Assembly (NCBI GenBank): GCA_951406725.2
Contig: OX597819.1
Span: 91,574,001-91,638,000 of the forward strand
Length of the DNA: 64,000 nucleotides
Direction of reading: 5' to 3'
DNA from: Octopus vulgaris
Taxonomy: Eukaryota
This document shows positions 38,950-51,560 of the stretch, in pieces. The first letter of the stretch is position 1; every line of letters begins with the position of its first letter. The notes beneath the pieces are model-generated. The model was not told where the DNA came from. It was given only the letters and a program-made list of their open reading frames with translations, and did no database searches. The translations under genes were made by a program, and so were the position numbers.

Positions 38950-41800
38950 TCAGCTGTCAAGTACCCAGGGTTACTCATGCCAGACTCCACTTTGATACTC
39001 CTGATACATATTCTTCAGTTTGTCAATCTCAGTTGTAATGAGCAAGCTTTCATCATTGTATCTATTAGTTGCCAAGGATGTTCTTCCAGATGCTGCTAAC
39101 ATACATCCTTGAGAAAGTTGCATCAATTGACCACACTAACCTTGTTCACTTCCAATTTGAACATGGTCTCAGCTTTTGGATATTCTCTCATCCACATATA
39201 TGTCAACTAAATAGTTTTAGATTTAGTAGGCTGATATGGGTTCTGTTAAAGTTTACTACCCTGCATCGAGCTCCAATCCAACAGATAGCCTTATCTGTGG
39301 TGTTGGTTTTGGAATATACTACATTGCAGTGGTACATCTAATCTTATACATCATCTAACATACTTAGTATACTGTTCAAATGTACAGTAAAAGTTAGTGA
39401 CTCTGTATTGGTCAGGAATCTGAACATATTTCTGAAGAACAAAAGGAGTCTGTAAGCAACTCCAAATAATGGGTTTATGAACTGTCAAAAAGTATAAGAA
39501 TTTCTGATATTTCTGGTGTATAAAGAAAGTAAGTGTACAAGTTCCTGATTTTCTTTTGTCAGTGCATATACAGAAACTAAATACATTGTGTTCTCATTTT
39601 TTATCCTAAGATTTTATTTTTTCTTCTGTCCTGTGTTAAAATAGGAAACAACATGGATTAGTATGCCAAATATTGGTGCCTGTAGCTCTACTGTCAATGG
39701 ATTATGAAAAATTGTTTTATTGTAAAAGGAGCTTTGACTTTTGTGTTTTCTGAAGTTTGGCATAACATCCTGGCAAACTCTGTGTTCACAGTAAATTTAT
39801 GTATTTTCATCAATACCAAGGAATTTAGGGTATTTTGTTGCCTTAATGAAATGGATGTGGACTTACATATTTACTGCTTTGAAAGCCTGTTTTCCATGTT
39901 TTTCTGTTAGTAATTAACATTCTTGACCTAATCTCTTTCCTATATTAACTGAAAATGTCAAATCAGTCCATTTCTTAGCATTTATCTGGTGTAGATCTTC
40001 AGGCTGTCAAAGAAATTATGGGTTTATAATTTGTATTTCTTGCTTTTGAAGACTCCCTCTTCTCCCAGTTTGTAAATAGTACTTGATTATCATAAAAATA
40101 ATAATATAGAATGCCGAAACAGAAAATCCAAGTTATATTGTCTCTATTAAATATCATCTTTGAATGAATTACAAACATCAGAATTACTGTGCTCTTAGTT
40201 TCAAGTGTGTGAATGTTTAACCAGGATTATGTGGCCTTCTCAGTGGCAGCAAAGAAGGTTGTATGCATTTTTGTCTAGTTTAGTGGTTTTTGCAGTTGTA
40301 GGTAATGTCTAAAGTTGAGCAACCTTTTGTTAAGTGCCTGTTGCTTTTTTTCTTCTCCTTCAGACAGTACAGCTTTATTTTAATTAAGTGTTTTTGGCAC
40401 ATACTTCTATTCCTTTCAACTTGTTTAATTATCAACGGCTACTTTGTTGGATTAGCAATTATCATGGAAGAATTGGTTTAAATATTGTATAGTGCTGCTC
40501 CTTTGTTATATTCAGACTGTTGGCATTAGTTTTCTGCTAAGTGTTTTTATTTTTCGTTGTTTTTAATTCTCAGCAGAAAGTTTTGTCCATGCTGGAGCAA
40601 ATCATTTAGGTATAACTATTTCACTGTTAACAATTTTTTGATGTATTCAGATTGTGTTGGTGGGTGTCCTGTAAAACATCATGCATCAGTAAAGAAATGT
40701 TTCTTCTGGGATGTTTTCTTTATGAAATGTAACCACAGTTAATGTTTACCGCAGTTAAGTTTCAGTGGTGATGATAGAGGTCTTGAATGTGCTGTTGGAA
40801 CTGTATTCATTTTTAAACATGTTTACCCATGATGCAATGTTAGAAATTGTATTCCATTCTTGATGTTAATCAAATAAGCATTTTAAGATTCCTGGAGCGA
40901 AAGATCTTGCCATATGCTACCACATTGCTAGTGTCTTCCTGTATTCAGCTTTGGACACACCATTTTGTTTATATACTGTGCATTAAGTTACCTCACCTTC
41001 ATGATCTTCAACATTATTTCTCTTCCTCATGAAGTAAGGTTTTAATGTAAAGAGATATTTTTAATCAGCTACTAATTCTGTTGGTAGTTTTTTGTGTTAA
41101 ACATGTAGTAGCTCTAGTTACCACAGCTCTAATGATTTCAGTCCTTTTTGTTTTATTGTCTTGCTTAAAGATATTTTTTGTTTTGTATTCTCTGGGGGAA
41201 CTTCTTTGCTAGGTATTGAGCAAGATATTTTCCAAGTGTGAAGGCTTGCCTGTGAGGGTTTTTAAGCCAGAAACCTTGAAATCCATATTGACTTGAGGGT
41301 CGTATGAATTTTAAGGCTTCTTTAGTCTCATATTTTTTAATATTTTATCTGGCTACCTCTGTTTCTCTTTTGCAAGTTAATAATATTGTTTGTTTTAACC
41401 ACGACAATTTCTTTTTAAAGTGTCTATTGCACTGGTGTATAATATGTTTGTTCTCTGCATATATTATATCCATAAGTGTGGTTCTCTCTGTTTGTTTGGT
41501 GATGTTTTTAATTTCTCTTAATAATATTTGTTTGCATTTTTCTTGCTCGCTTAGTTCTTTGTATATTTTGTTTTTAATATTCGCCATCAGCGTTCTTTTT
41601 AGCTTTTCAGCTTGGCCTTTGGTGAGATCAAGCTGTTCAACATTGGATGTGATTCTGTTAATGCATATTTTGGAGGAGACACATTGTTTAATAAACTGAA
41701 GCTGTTGAGTCGTCATGGTTTTCTGTAGGCAACTAAATACAGTGTCCTTCAACTTCTTGCTAGCCTGGCTATGGCTCACATTGTTACGTTTACATATTTA
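38950..41800 (-). mobile_element. Decayed Penelope-like retroelement
   Basis: Basic helical N-terminal ORF 41345-41779, then degenerate FAP and PIIS fragments and a GIY-YIG-like YKIRC..CNVVYI near 39340 and ESLLI near 39045. Confidence 0.5.
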
Positions 41801-42942
41801 TTTTTGTCCGGAGGACAAATCCATAATCCTTACAAATGACTTAAAGGGAACTCCTAAATTGTGAATTTGAACTTAGCATGCAATCCAGACTTTGGTGATG
41901 TTTTTAATGTCTCTTAATAATATTCGTTTGCATTTTTCTTGCTCGCTTAGTTCTTTGTATATTTTGTTTTTAATATTCACCATCAGCGTTATTTTAGCAT
42001 TTCACCTTGGCCTTTGGTGAGATCAAGCTGTTTAACATTAGATGTGACTCTGTTAATGTATATTTTGGAGGAGACACATTGTTTAATAAACTGAAGCTGT
42101 TGAGTCGTCACGGTTTTCCATAGGCAACTGAATACAGTGTCCTTCAACTTCTTGCTAGCCTGGCTATGGCTCAGATTGTTACGTTTACATATTTATTTTT
42201 GTCCGGAGGACAAAGCACGTTGTTACATTTATGTACTTGTTTTGCAAAGAAATCTTGCAAAACAAATATATAAATTTTTTATATTTATTTTTGTAGTACA
42301 GAAGACAAATCCATAATCCTTGGGAATGACTTAAAGGGAACTCCTAAATTGTGAATTTGAACTTAGCATGCAATCCAGACTTTGGTTATGTTACTAATGT
42401 ATCTTAATGATATTCGTTTGCGTTTTTCTTGCTCGCTTAGTTCTTTGTATATTTTGTTTTTAATATACACCATCAGCGTTCTTTTTAGCTTTTCAGCTTG
42501 CCCTTTGGTGAGATCAAGCTGTTCAACATTGGATGTGACTCTGTTAATGCATATTTTGGAGGAGACACATTGTTTAATAAACTGAAGCTGTTGAGTCGTC
42601 ATGGTTTTCCGTAGGCAACTGAATACAGTGTCCTTCAACTTCTTGCTAGCCTGGCTATGGCTCACATTGTTAGGTTTACATATTTATTTTTGTCCAGAGG
42701 ACAAAACCATAATTCTTGGAAATGACTTAAAAGGAACTCCTAAATTGTGAATTTGAACTTAGAATGCAATCCAGACTTTGGTTATGTTACTAATGTATCT
42801 TAATGATATTCGTTTGCATTTTTTTTGCTCGCTTAGTTCTTTGTATATTTTGTTTTTAATATTCACCATCAGCGTTATTTTAGCATTTCAGCTAGGCCTT
42901 TGGTGAGATCAAGCTGTTTAACGTTGGATGTGACTCTGTTAA

Positions 42943-45569
42943 CCCTTTCGTTACTATATTTCTGACCAAAATACACACCCCTTCTGTGTTTCAATTAATT
43001 TCTAACATAATCATAAATTTAGTCTAGTTTCATTAAACAACTATAACTTTTTTATTTATCAATATATTAATGTGATTTTTGGAAGATAAGTTAATGAAAG
43101 GTTCTCAACCAATTCTATACCATAACTTTTGTCACAAAGTGACTCTAATTGCAGGTGGATACAGGTAAATACCGGTAAATTCAACAAAATATAAAATTAT
43201 TAAAATTTTTGTTCAAACATCGCTATAGAAAATGGGTAATATTCAATTGGGTATACAACAAAATTTTACTATAGAAGAGTTGTGCACATTACTGGATTCA
43301 TCAGGTGAATTTAAACACACAAAAGACTGGTGTACCATGAAGGTATAAGTAAAACGAAAGACTGGAATTTGTCTGAAGAAAACTAGAAAACAAAATGGAC
43401 ACACACCATCAACTAGATTAAATAAGCTCTCTCACATACATAGATACACAGATGCAATAATGCATAGATACATACATAGATAAAATAATGATTTACAAAA
43501 GAAATTAATCAAAATTTGTCACTCACCTTACAGGTAAATTAAAATAACAAGTAAATTAAAATTACACAGAAAAATAAAAATGAAGTAAATTTGAAAATAT
43601 TTATAAAATCAAATCATATATACAAATCAAACAATATTCCTATCGTGAAAACTTGTAAAGCACCCTGCTCTACATAATGCAACCTTGCAGAATGCACATT
43701 GGAAAGTTGTTTCAACAGCCCTTCCACTAGGCGCTTTCTTTTTTGATGAAGGCATTCGCGACACTGCTTTTTGGGACCCTTGATTTTTTCTAAGTTATGG
43801 AGATCGGCTGAATTCAGAGGGATATCCCTCTGGCAGGCTTTGCTTTTTCTCCCTACAGTTATTTTTTTTGAGGAATAACCAGCTCTTAGTTGCGTTGCTA
43901 CATCTGCTTGGAACTGCAGATGGTTGCATCGCTTTTAAGCCGGTCCCGATTTGGTATATAGTATAAACGCATTAGTAATACTCATGTTTACTATATACCA
44001 AACCAGGTATCGCCACCATTTATTCCCTGGTCTGCCGACTGGATAGTAAGACATCATCTGATTCAGCCGATCTACACCACCCATGTACCTGTTATAATTG
44101 AGGTTCAAAAACGGCGTGCCATTTTCATCCACATGTGGCCGTGCACAGGTAGACAGAAAATTGATCTGCCTCTTATCTCTGTATGCGTTCGCTAGCAAAT
44201 TTCCTTTCTGCCATTGAATTATTTCACCTTTTTTTTTTTAAATTTTGCTTTTTTTATATCCAACGGCAGTCCTTTTCTACTAGCGATCACTGTAGCACAT
44301 GTATGTGTTGCCACGGTATCTAAATTCTCCGCAAGTTTGACCGAACTGAAAAATCGGTCAAAAAATAATATACGGCCCTGGTTATGGTATGGAAGTGATA
44401 AATTCCAGACCACATCGTACCCTAGGCCATGCTGACTTACATGATTGTCTCTTTTGCCTGTATAAAATTCAAATCCTGAGCAGTACCCAGTATTTGATTC
44501 GCAAATCTTCCAAACTTTGATCCCCCATTTTGTGGGCTTTCCGGGCATGTACTGTCGGAAACGTACCCGGCCTTTATAGCCCACCATGCCCTCATCAATT
44601 GATAAGCATCTCCCCGGTTTATAAACAGTTTTATATGTGTTTAGAACACAGTCAATAATGGGTCTTATTTTAAATAAGGGATCAAAGCCTGGTTCTCCAC
44701 GTACTGGTGTACTACTCGTGTCTCTTACATGCAAATATTGTGTCAATTTTAAAAATCGTGTCCTCGTCATTATACTCGAGACATACTTGTCTCCAAAGGG
44801 CTCATCGCTACTCCAGTAATTTGCTATTCTGGGTAACTTCCTGATACCCATAATAATATTAATGGCAAAATAGGCCTTCATTTCATTTAATGTTGTGGGA
44901 AACCACAAACTATCTTTTCTTTCACTTTGTTTATATTTAGCGTAACGGTTCGTTTCCGCCGTAATGAGTTCAAACAGACTCATTGGAAATAGTAAAAAAA
45001 ATAGTCTATCGCTTTACTCTCCTGAGAAAGATTGTGGCTTGGTCCAGTTTCTTCAGAAAAATCACTAGAAGAAACAGTTTTTAAATTTTCACTCCATTCA
45101 GGAGCCAATACATTTTCTTCATCGCTGTCGGAGCTCTCGGAATCACTGGTCTCACTATCGGAAAATGAAACATCGGATTCATTTTCAAATACCACGTGCT
45201 TTTTTTTTTTTCAGTCATAGCATGAGATTTATCAAGGTCTTCTGTAGAAAATCCTTCGAATTCTGACTCGCTGCTTGACAGAACAAAATTTGTATCCATT
45301 TTTTGTCAGAATTACAAATTTTAAAAATATAGAAGGAACAAATTTGGAAAAAAAATCTCCAAAAATTCACGGAATCAAAATAACATGTCGATCGTTGTAC
45401 AAAACTGTAGATGAACTGTTTACGAAGTATAATCACGTGTTTTCACGAATGTACTAACAAGATTTGCTCTGATATTCTCATTTAAATATGAATAGGTAAA
45501 TACGGGCGGCTTGGTCACATTAACCAAAATTTTTTTCGGGCGGCTTTGGGCGGTTTGGTAACGAAAGGG
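42943..45569 (-). mobile_element. Full-length piggyBac transposon
   Basis: TTAA TSDs at 42939-42942 and 45570-45573; 12-bp TIR CCCTTTCGTTAC; subterminal GGGCGGCTT repeats; excision restores an array unit (CTCTGTTAATGCAT). Confidence 0.95.
43627..45299 (-). pseudogene. piggyBac (PGBD4-like) transposase, frameshifted
   Basis: SIDEGM, FFDRFFSS and GGVDRLNQ catalytic aspartates; YMPGKPTKWGIKVW; C-terminal CRECL..CAFCKVALC..CF..FH; four frameshifts at A/T runs and one in-frame TAA at about 43935. Confidence 0.9.
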
Positions 45570-47289
45570 TTAATGCATATTTTAGAGGAGACACATTGTT
45601 TAATAAACTGAAGCTGTTCAGTTGTCACGGTTTTCCGTAGGCAACTGAATACAGTGTCCTTCAACTTCTTGCTAGCCTGGCTATGGCTCACATTGTTAGG
45701 TTTACATATTTATTTTTGTCCAGTGGACAAATCCATAATCCTTGCAAATGACTTAAAGGGAACTCCTAAATTGTGAATTTGAACTTAGCATGCAATCCAG
45801 ACTTTGGTGATGTTTTTAATGTCTCTTAATGATATTCGTTTGCGTTTTTCTTGCTCGCTTAGTTCTTCGTATATTTTGTTTTTAATATTCACCATCAGCG
45901 TTATTTTAGCATTTCAGCTTGGCCTTTGGTGAGATCAAGCTGTTCAACATTGGATGTGATTCTGTTAATGCATATTTTGGAGGAGACACTTTGTTTAATA
46001 AACTGAAGCTGTTGAGTCGTCACGGTTTTCCGTAGGCACTGAATACAGTGTCCTTCAACTTCTTGCTAGCCTGGCTATGGCTCAGATTGTTACGTTTACA
46101 TATTTATTTTTGTCCAGAGGACAAAACCATAATTCTTGGAAATGACTTAAAGGGAACTCCTAAATTGTGAATTTGAACTTAGCATGCAATCCAGACTTTG
46201 GTTATGTTACTAATGTATCTTAATGATATACGTTTGCGTTTTTCTTGCTCGCTTAGTTCTTTGTATATTTTGTTTTTAATATACACCATCAGCATTCTTT
46301 TTAGCTTTTCAGCTTGCCCTTTGGTGAGATCAAGCTGTTCAACATGGGATGTGACTCTGTTAATGCATATTTTAGAGGAGACACATTGTTTAATAAACTG
46401 AAGCTGTTGAGTCGTCATGGTTTTCCGTAGGCAACTGAATACAGTGTCCTTCAACTTCTTGCTAGCCTGGCTATGGCTCACATTGTTATGTTTACATATT
46501 TATTTTTGTCCGGAGGACAAATCCATAATCCTTGCAAATGACTTAAAGGGTACTCCTAAATTGTGAATTTGAACTTAGCATGCAATCCAGACTTTGATGT
46601 TTTTAATGTATCTTAATGATATTCGTTTGCGTTTTTCTTGCTCGCTTAGTTCTTTATATATTTTGTTTTTAATATTCACCATCAGCGTTATTTTAGCATT
46701 TAAGCTTGGCCTGTGGTGAGATCAAGCTGTTCAACATTGGATGTGACTCTGTTAATGCATATTTTGGAGGAGACACATTGTTTAATAAACTGAAGCTGTT
46801 CAGTCGTCACGGTTTTCCATAGGCAACTGAATACAGTGTCCTTCAACTTCTTTCTAGCCTGGCTATGGCTCAGATTGTTACGTTTACATATTTATTTTTG
46901 TCCGGAGGACAAATCACGTTGTTACATTTATGTACTTGTTTTGCAAAGAAATCTTGCAAAACAAATATATAAATTTTTTATATTTATTTTTGTAGTACAG
47001 AAGACAAATCCATAATCCTTGGGAATGACTTAAAGGGAACTCCTAAATTGTGAATTTGAACTTAGTATGCAATCCAGACTTTCACTATCCCATCTACTAA
47101 TGAGGAGCTAGTATATGCAGGCATCAACCATGTGTTCATTCTAGTTGACCCAATCTGTCTAAGGTCTCTTTAACTTACCTCTTTTTTTCACTTGATATCA
47201 CTTCACCTTTTGCTTTTGGCCAGGTCCTTAGCTTCTTCATTTGCAAAAGAAATATTTTTATACTGAGATATATTGTTTGAACCATTGTT

Positions 47290-48500
47290 TTTACTGATTT
47301 GTAAAGGACAAGTGGGGCTTAGCACAAAAACATGTATACAATAAAAACAATAACAACAAAATTTAAACACTAAAATTCCCTAAAAGCGGGGAGTTTCACC
47401 CAGTGCCAACTGATGAACCCCCACCCATCTTGTTACCCCAACCATCAAGGGCACCCCAGGAAGGCACCTCTCTCCTCATCTTCACTGGCCTACTGGCGTA
47501 CATTCAGAGTAGGCCCTTTCACACTGTCCATCATTGTCACATTCATCCACCCTTCAACAAAAATATTGCTGGGAAGCACTTCCCTCTCCACCTTCACTTT
47601 CCTTTTCAATTGAAACTTGAGAAAGCTGAAGAAGTCTTGGCCAAAGAGGAAAGTAGCTGTCTTCAGTCATCTCAACCTTGTCCTCCACACTACCTCTTTT
47701 GCCATAGTCATCAGACAGAGGAAAACTGCTTATCCTTCCCAGCCAAAAGAAGGCAGGGTTATCCTCATGATAGACTTAACCAATAATCGAATCCATTCTA
47801 CATGGGTCAACAGCAGTTTGACAGAGCTCCACAAATCAACAATGTCGAGACACTGGACAAGTGTATGCAAAATGGTTTTATTGCACTGTAGAGGTTGTCT
47901 CTAACTGGCAGACCTCCAGTTTTCCATTAGTACTAAAGAGTAGGACATACTACACAAATGAAGAAATCTGGCTCCCTGCCACAGTTGGGGTGTACACAGC
48001 AGCTAGTCTAAAAGCACAACCATTGTTGTTGCTCACATCCAGGACCAACAGCTTGATATCTGGATCCAAGAAGATTGTCTGATTCTTGATCCATCTGGTC
48101 TTAAGACACCTATAGATCATGGTTCTTTTTGTGATCTGATCTTTTTCTCCTGGTGGCAGCATGGGTAGATTAAGATTTACCAGGCATTTCCTGAAATTTT
48201 TACCAAAATCAGTTGGAGTGCTCCATCTGTTGAGAAATTTTGGTGAAAGAAGCATTGGATTTCTTATTGGTGCTGTTCATAGTGGAGGACATGGTTTCAT
48301 TTTTCTTGTCAAAAACTTTAACTTTTTTCTCCAGAAAAATGGTATTAATGTTGCAGTCGCTTCCACTGCTGTTGTTGTCCTGGTTGTTGTTGCTGTTGCT
48401 ACTCGTGGTGGTTTTGTTGTTCATGGCAGTGATGATGTTGATCTTTTCACTCTGTCCACTTGCTACTTCCAGTAGCAACGTCGACAGGCAAAGTGCTATC
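47290..48500 (-). mobile_element. Internally deleted Tx1/L1-clade element A
   Basis: ORF1-like N-terminus, APE piece IFLDPDIKLLVLDV..FRLAAVYTP, then ORF2 C-terminus AKEVVWRTR..KFQLKRKVKVEREV. Confidence 0.7.
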
Positions 48501-48811
48501 GCTCTCTCTCTCTCTTCATTATTGCATGACTCTCCTCTGTCCTCCCCATCTCTCATTGACAAATGGCCCCTCTCTCAAAACATTATTATTGCTGTCATTA
48601 ATTAAGAATTTAAAACTTTTTCCATGTGGCAATAAATTTCTCTAAGTTCCAAAGAAATAGAACTTTAGAGAGAAGAAAACAAAAAGGGAATTCAGCAGTA
48701 GTAGCAGGTTCTTTTATTTTCAACACTGGTCCAGAATGAGTGGAGTGTACAGCTAATTTCTGGGGTCAGTTTGGCTTACCTGGCTGATGGCCATAATAAT
48801 AAAAATAATGA

Positions 48812-50283
48812 TGACAACACTGTTTTTATTTGCTACCAGGGCAACAGGTGAAAGGGGATGAATCAAAGACATAAAGCATGGGGATTTACAATGAATGGTA
48901 TAAGATAGAAAAAAAAATGAAATTAAATAGAAGTGTTTATGATATACATTATAAACAAAAGTACAGAAGTATACATTGTATACATCAAAAGAAAAAAAAA
49001 AATGATGAGATATGAGCCAATCAATGCACCCCAGCATCCAAGACCATTGTGATAATCAAAGGCAAGTATGTTTTCTAGAATGTGTTCTGACACATAGGTC
49101 TGCAGTTGGGGTGGTGCCATCCACTCTTACCACTTTTGCTACTTGTATACACTTCCCTCTCTATCTCCACCTTTCTTTTCTAAGTGAAACTTGAAAAAGT
49201 TGATAAGGGTTCTATCTGAGAAGAACACCTTCATCAAGAGCTGTACATCTCCCTTATTTGTTATCTGTTTTATAGGTGCTTGAAATATTTTTGAGGAAGG
49301 GGCTAATTTAAAATCAGGGATGATAATCTTCTCCCTCACATAACAGGTATTGTTAGTGCTTTGTATATGCAAGTGCAGACAACTGCAAAAAAGTGCATTT
49401 GTATTGTAATACTGGAAGAAATATACTGGTTACAAAACGGGTTTGACTATTCTCCAGTTTATAATCCTGGGCAACCTCCTGAAGTCCATGATAAAAAAGT
49501 GCATTTGCTTCATAATACTGGAGTTTATATACTGCTCCTGGAAAGATTTGTCCATTCAACAGTTGTTTGTAATCGTGGGCAGCCTTCTGAAAGTTCATGA
49601 TAAAAAAAGTGCATTTGCTTCATAATACTGGAGGAAATATACTGGTCCCGGAAAGGTTTGTCTATTCTCCAGTCGTTTGTAATTGTGAGCAGCCTCCTGA
49701 AGCCCATGATCAAAAAAGTGCAATTGTTGGAAGAATTTTACTGGTCCTGAAAAAGGTTGTGCATTTTCCAGTCATTTGTAATCCTGGGCAGCCTCCCGAA
49801 GTCCATAATAAAAAAAAGTGCATTTGCTTCATAATACTGGTCCTGGAAAGGTTTGTCCATTCTCCAGTTGTTTGTAATCCTGGACAGCCTCCTGAAGTAC
49901 CTGATAATACTGTGATCTGATCTTTTTTGCATGGTGGCAGCATGGGTTAGATTAAGTTTAACCAGTAATTTCCTGAAATTTTTACCAAAATCACTGTTGA
50001 AGGAGTGCTCCACCATCTGTTGAGAAACTTGGGTGAAAGAAGCATTGAATTTCTTATTGGTGCTGTTCATAGTGGAGGACATGTTTCATTTTCCTTGTCA
50101 AAAACTTATCCCGTTTCTCCAGAAAAATGGTATTAGTGTTGTGGTTGCTTCCATTGCTGTTGTCCTGGTTGTTGCTGCTTGTGGTGGTGGTTTTGTTGAT
50201 GATGGCAGTGATAATGTTGGTCTTTTCACTCTACTTGCTGATGTTAACCTTCCAGTAGCAATGTCTACGGGCAAAGTGCTATC
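48812..50283 (-). mobile_element. Internally deleted Tx1/L1-clade element B, paralogous to A
   Basis: 49912-50283 aligns with 48130-48500; ORF2 end LINFFKFHLEKK; 3' UTR ending AATAAAAAC. Confidence 0.7.
49385..49905. repeat. Minisatellite, about 5 units of 100-110 bp
   Basis: AAGTGCA anchor at 49391, 49497, 49607, 49716 and 49816. Confidence 0.88.
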
Positions 50284-50302
50284 ACACACTCTCTCTCTCT
50301 CT

Positions 50303-51560
50303 GATCGGTCGTGTTATTCTTTGCTCCGCAGTGAAAGATTATTTTTTTGCTAAAAATTGTGAAAATTTGCTGTTTTGGTCGTTGAGACCACTTCTCTTCT
50401 GCTGTTGCAGCAGAGTTTTGCTGTTATTTCCCCCTTGAAACAAGGGGGAAGTGACGAAAAACATGAATTTGCCACCAATTTCTTCTGAGTCGGAGGAAAA
50501 CTTTGAAAATTTGTTTGAAGGCATGAAGGCGAATATGTGGGAGGAGGAAGATAAAAGTAAAGAGGCGTCTCACGCGCGCGTTACAAAAGCAGACGACAAG
50601 ATGTCTAGCGAGGCTACTACACAACAGGAAAAATCAAAAATAAATTTTGCGAGTGCATCAACTCGCCCCTGTGAAAACATCATTATAAACAAGGAAGATT
50701 TAAAGAAGTACCAAAGTTTATTAAAAAAAGGTGATAATGTGAAGTTGCTCCCTCCTACCCACACCCACAAATAGTCGGAAACACACATGTAGCCAAAAAA
50801 AACACACACTGGAAAAAGCACACACACCTACAAACACCTGCGCTTCTACAAGCACACACACACACACACACACCCCCCTCCACAATCGCCTAACATAAAA
50901 CAAAGAAACACCTTCATGGCGATAAATAAAAATAATAAACTATTAAGACACAAAATTATTTTAATGAAATTGGCGAAAAAATATATCACAACAGATGTAA
51001 ATAATACTATTTCTGAAAATGTTGAATTTTATACTATAGGTAACTCTGACTATTTTGAACTAAAAAAATCTTTTGCGGAGGATGTCGGCCCATTACAGAT
51101 GAACTTTTCAAGCCATCTGTACAGGCAATTCGCGAAAAAAATGACCTCGCAAAACACAACATTCACAGACAGAAAAGAGGAAGGTGTAAATTCAACTTTT
51201 CTTCCGTTAAAACAGTAAGTTTTAAACATTCAACTAATTTTTCACATTCTCGTTTAAACTCAGTTGTATAAATATTCGCGACCTGGGGTCGTATTGGAAG
51301 CAAGGCTAATTCCTTAACGACCTTAGGTCGCATCGTTTGGATGTAGCGGTAATTACTGAATCCAGACTGAGTGGGCTGCAGGCTTTTTTGCCCCTTCTAA
51401 ACAGTTACGAGAATGTGACACACAGCAGTGGTAAAGTGTTCAGGCTGGTCACTGTCTATGCTCCCTGCGAAGGAAAAGCCGGGCAGAAAGATTACTTCAA
51501 AAGCCTAGAGAATTTTCTTGGCACATCGAACACGTTAGTATTGCTAGGTGACTTCAACAC
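50303..51560 (+). mobile_element. Tx1-like element C: 5' UTR, deleted ORF1, APE N-terminus, no RT
   Basis: Starts right after (CT)n; ORF1 KINFASA..KKGDNVKL; APE CINIRDL..WKQG..DVAVITESRL..FRLVTVYAP..LLGDFN. Confidence 0.78.

Larger units (their letters stand above)
41497..47082. repeat. Tandem array of ~394-bp units (about 7), interrupted by piggyBac
   Basis: Anchor CATATTTATTTTTGTCC recurs near 41794, 42188, 42680, 45706, 46100, 46495 and 46888; two units carry an extra ~98 bp. Confidence 0.93.

Noticed and set aside
41497-47082. 394-bp array as a CRISPR array or hammerhead retrozyme
   Set aside because: No unique spacers or cas genes, eukaryotic context, and no CTGANGA..GAAA core found on either strand of the unit
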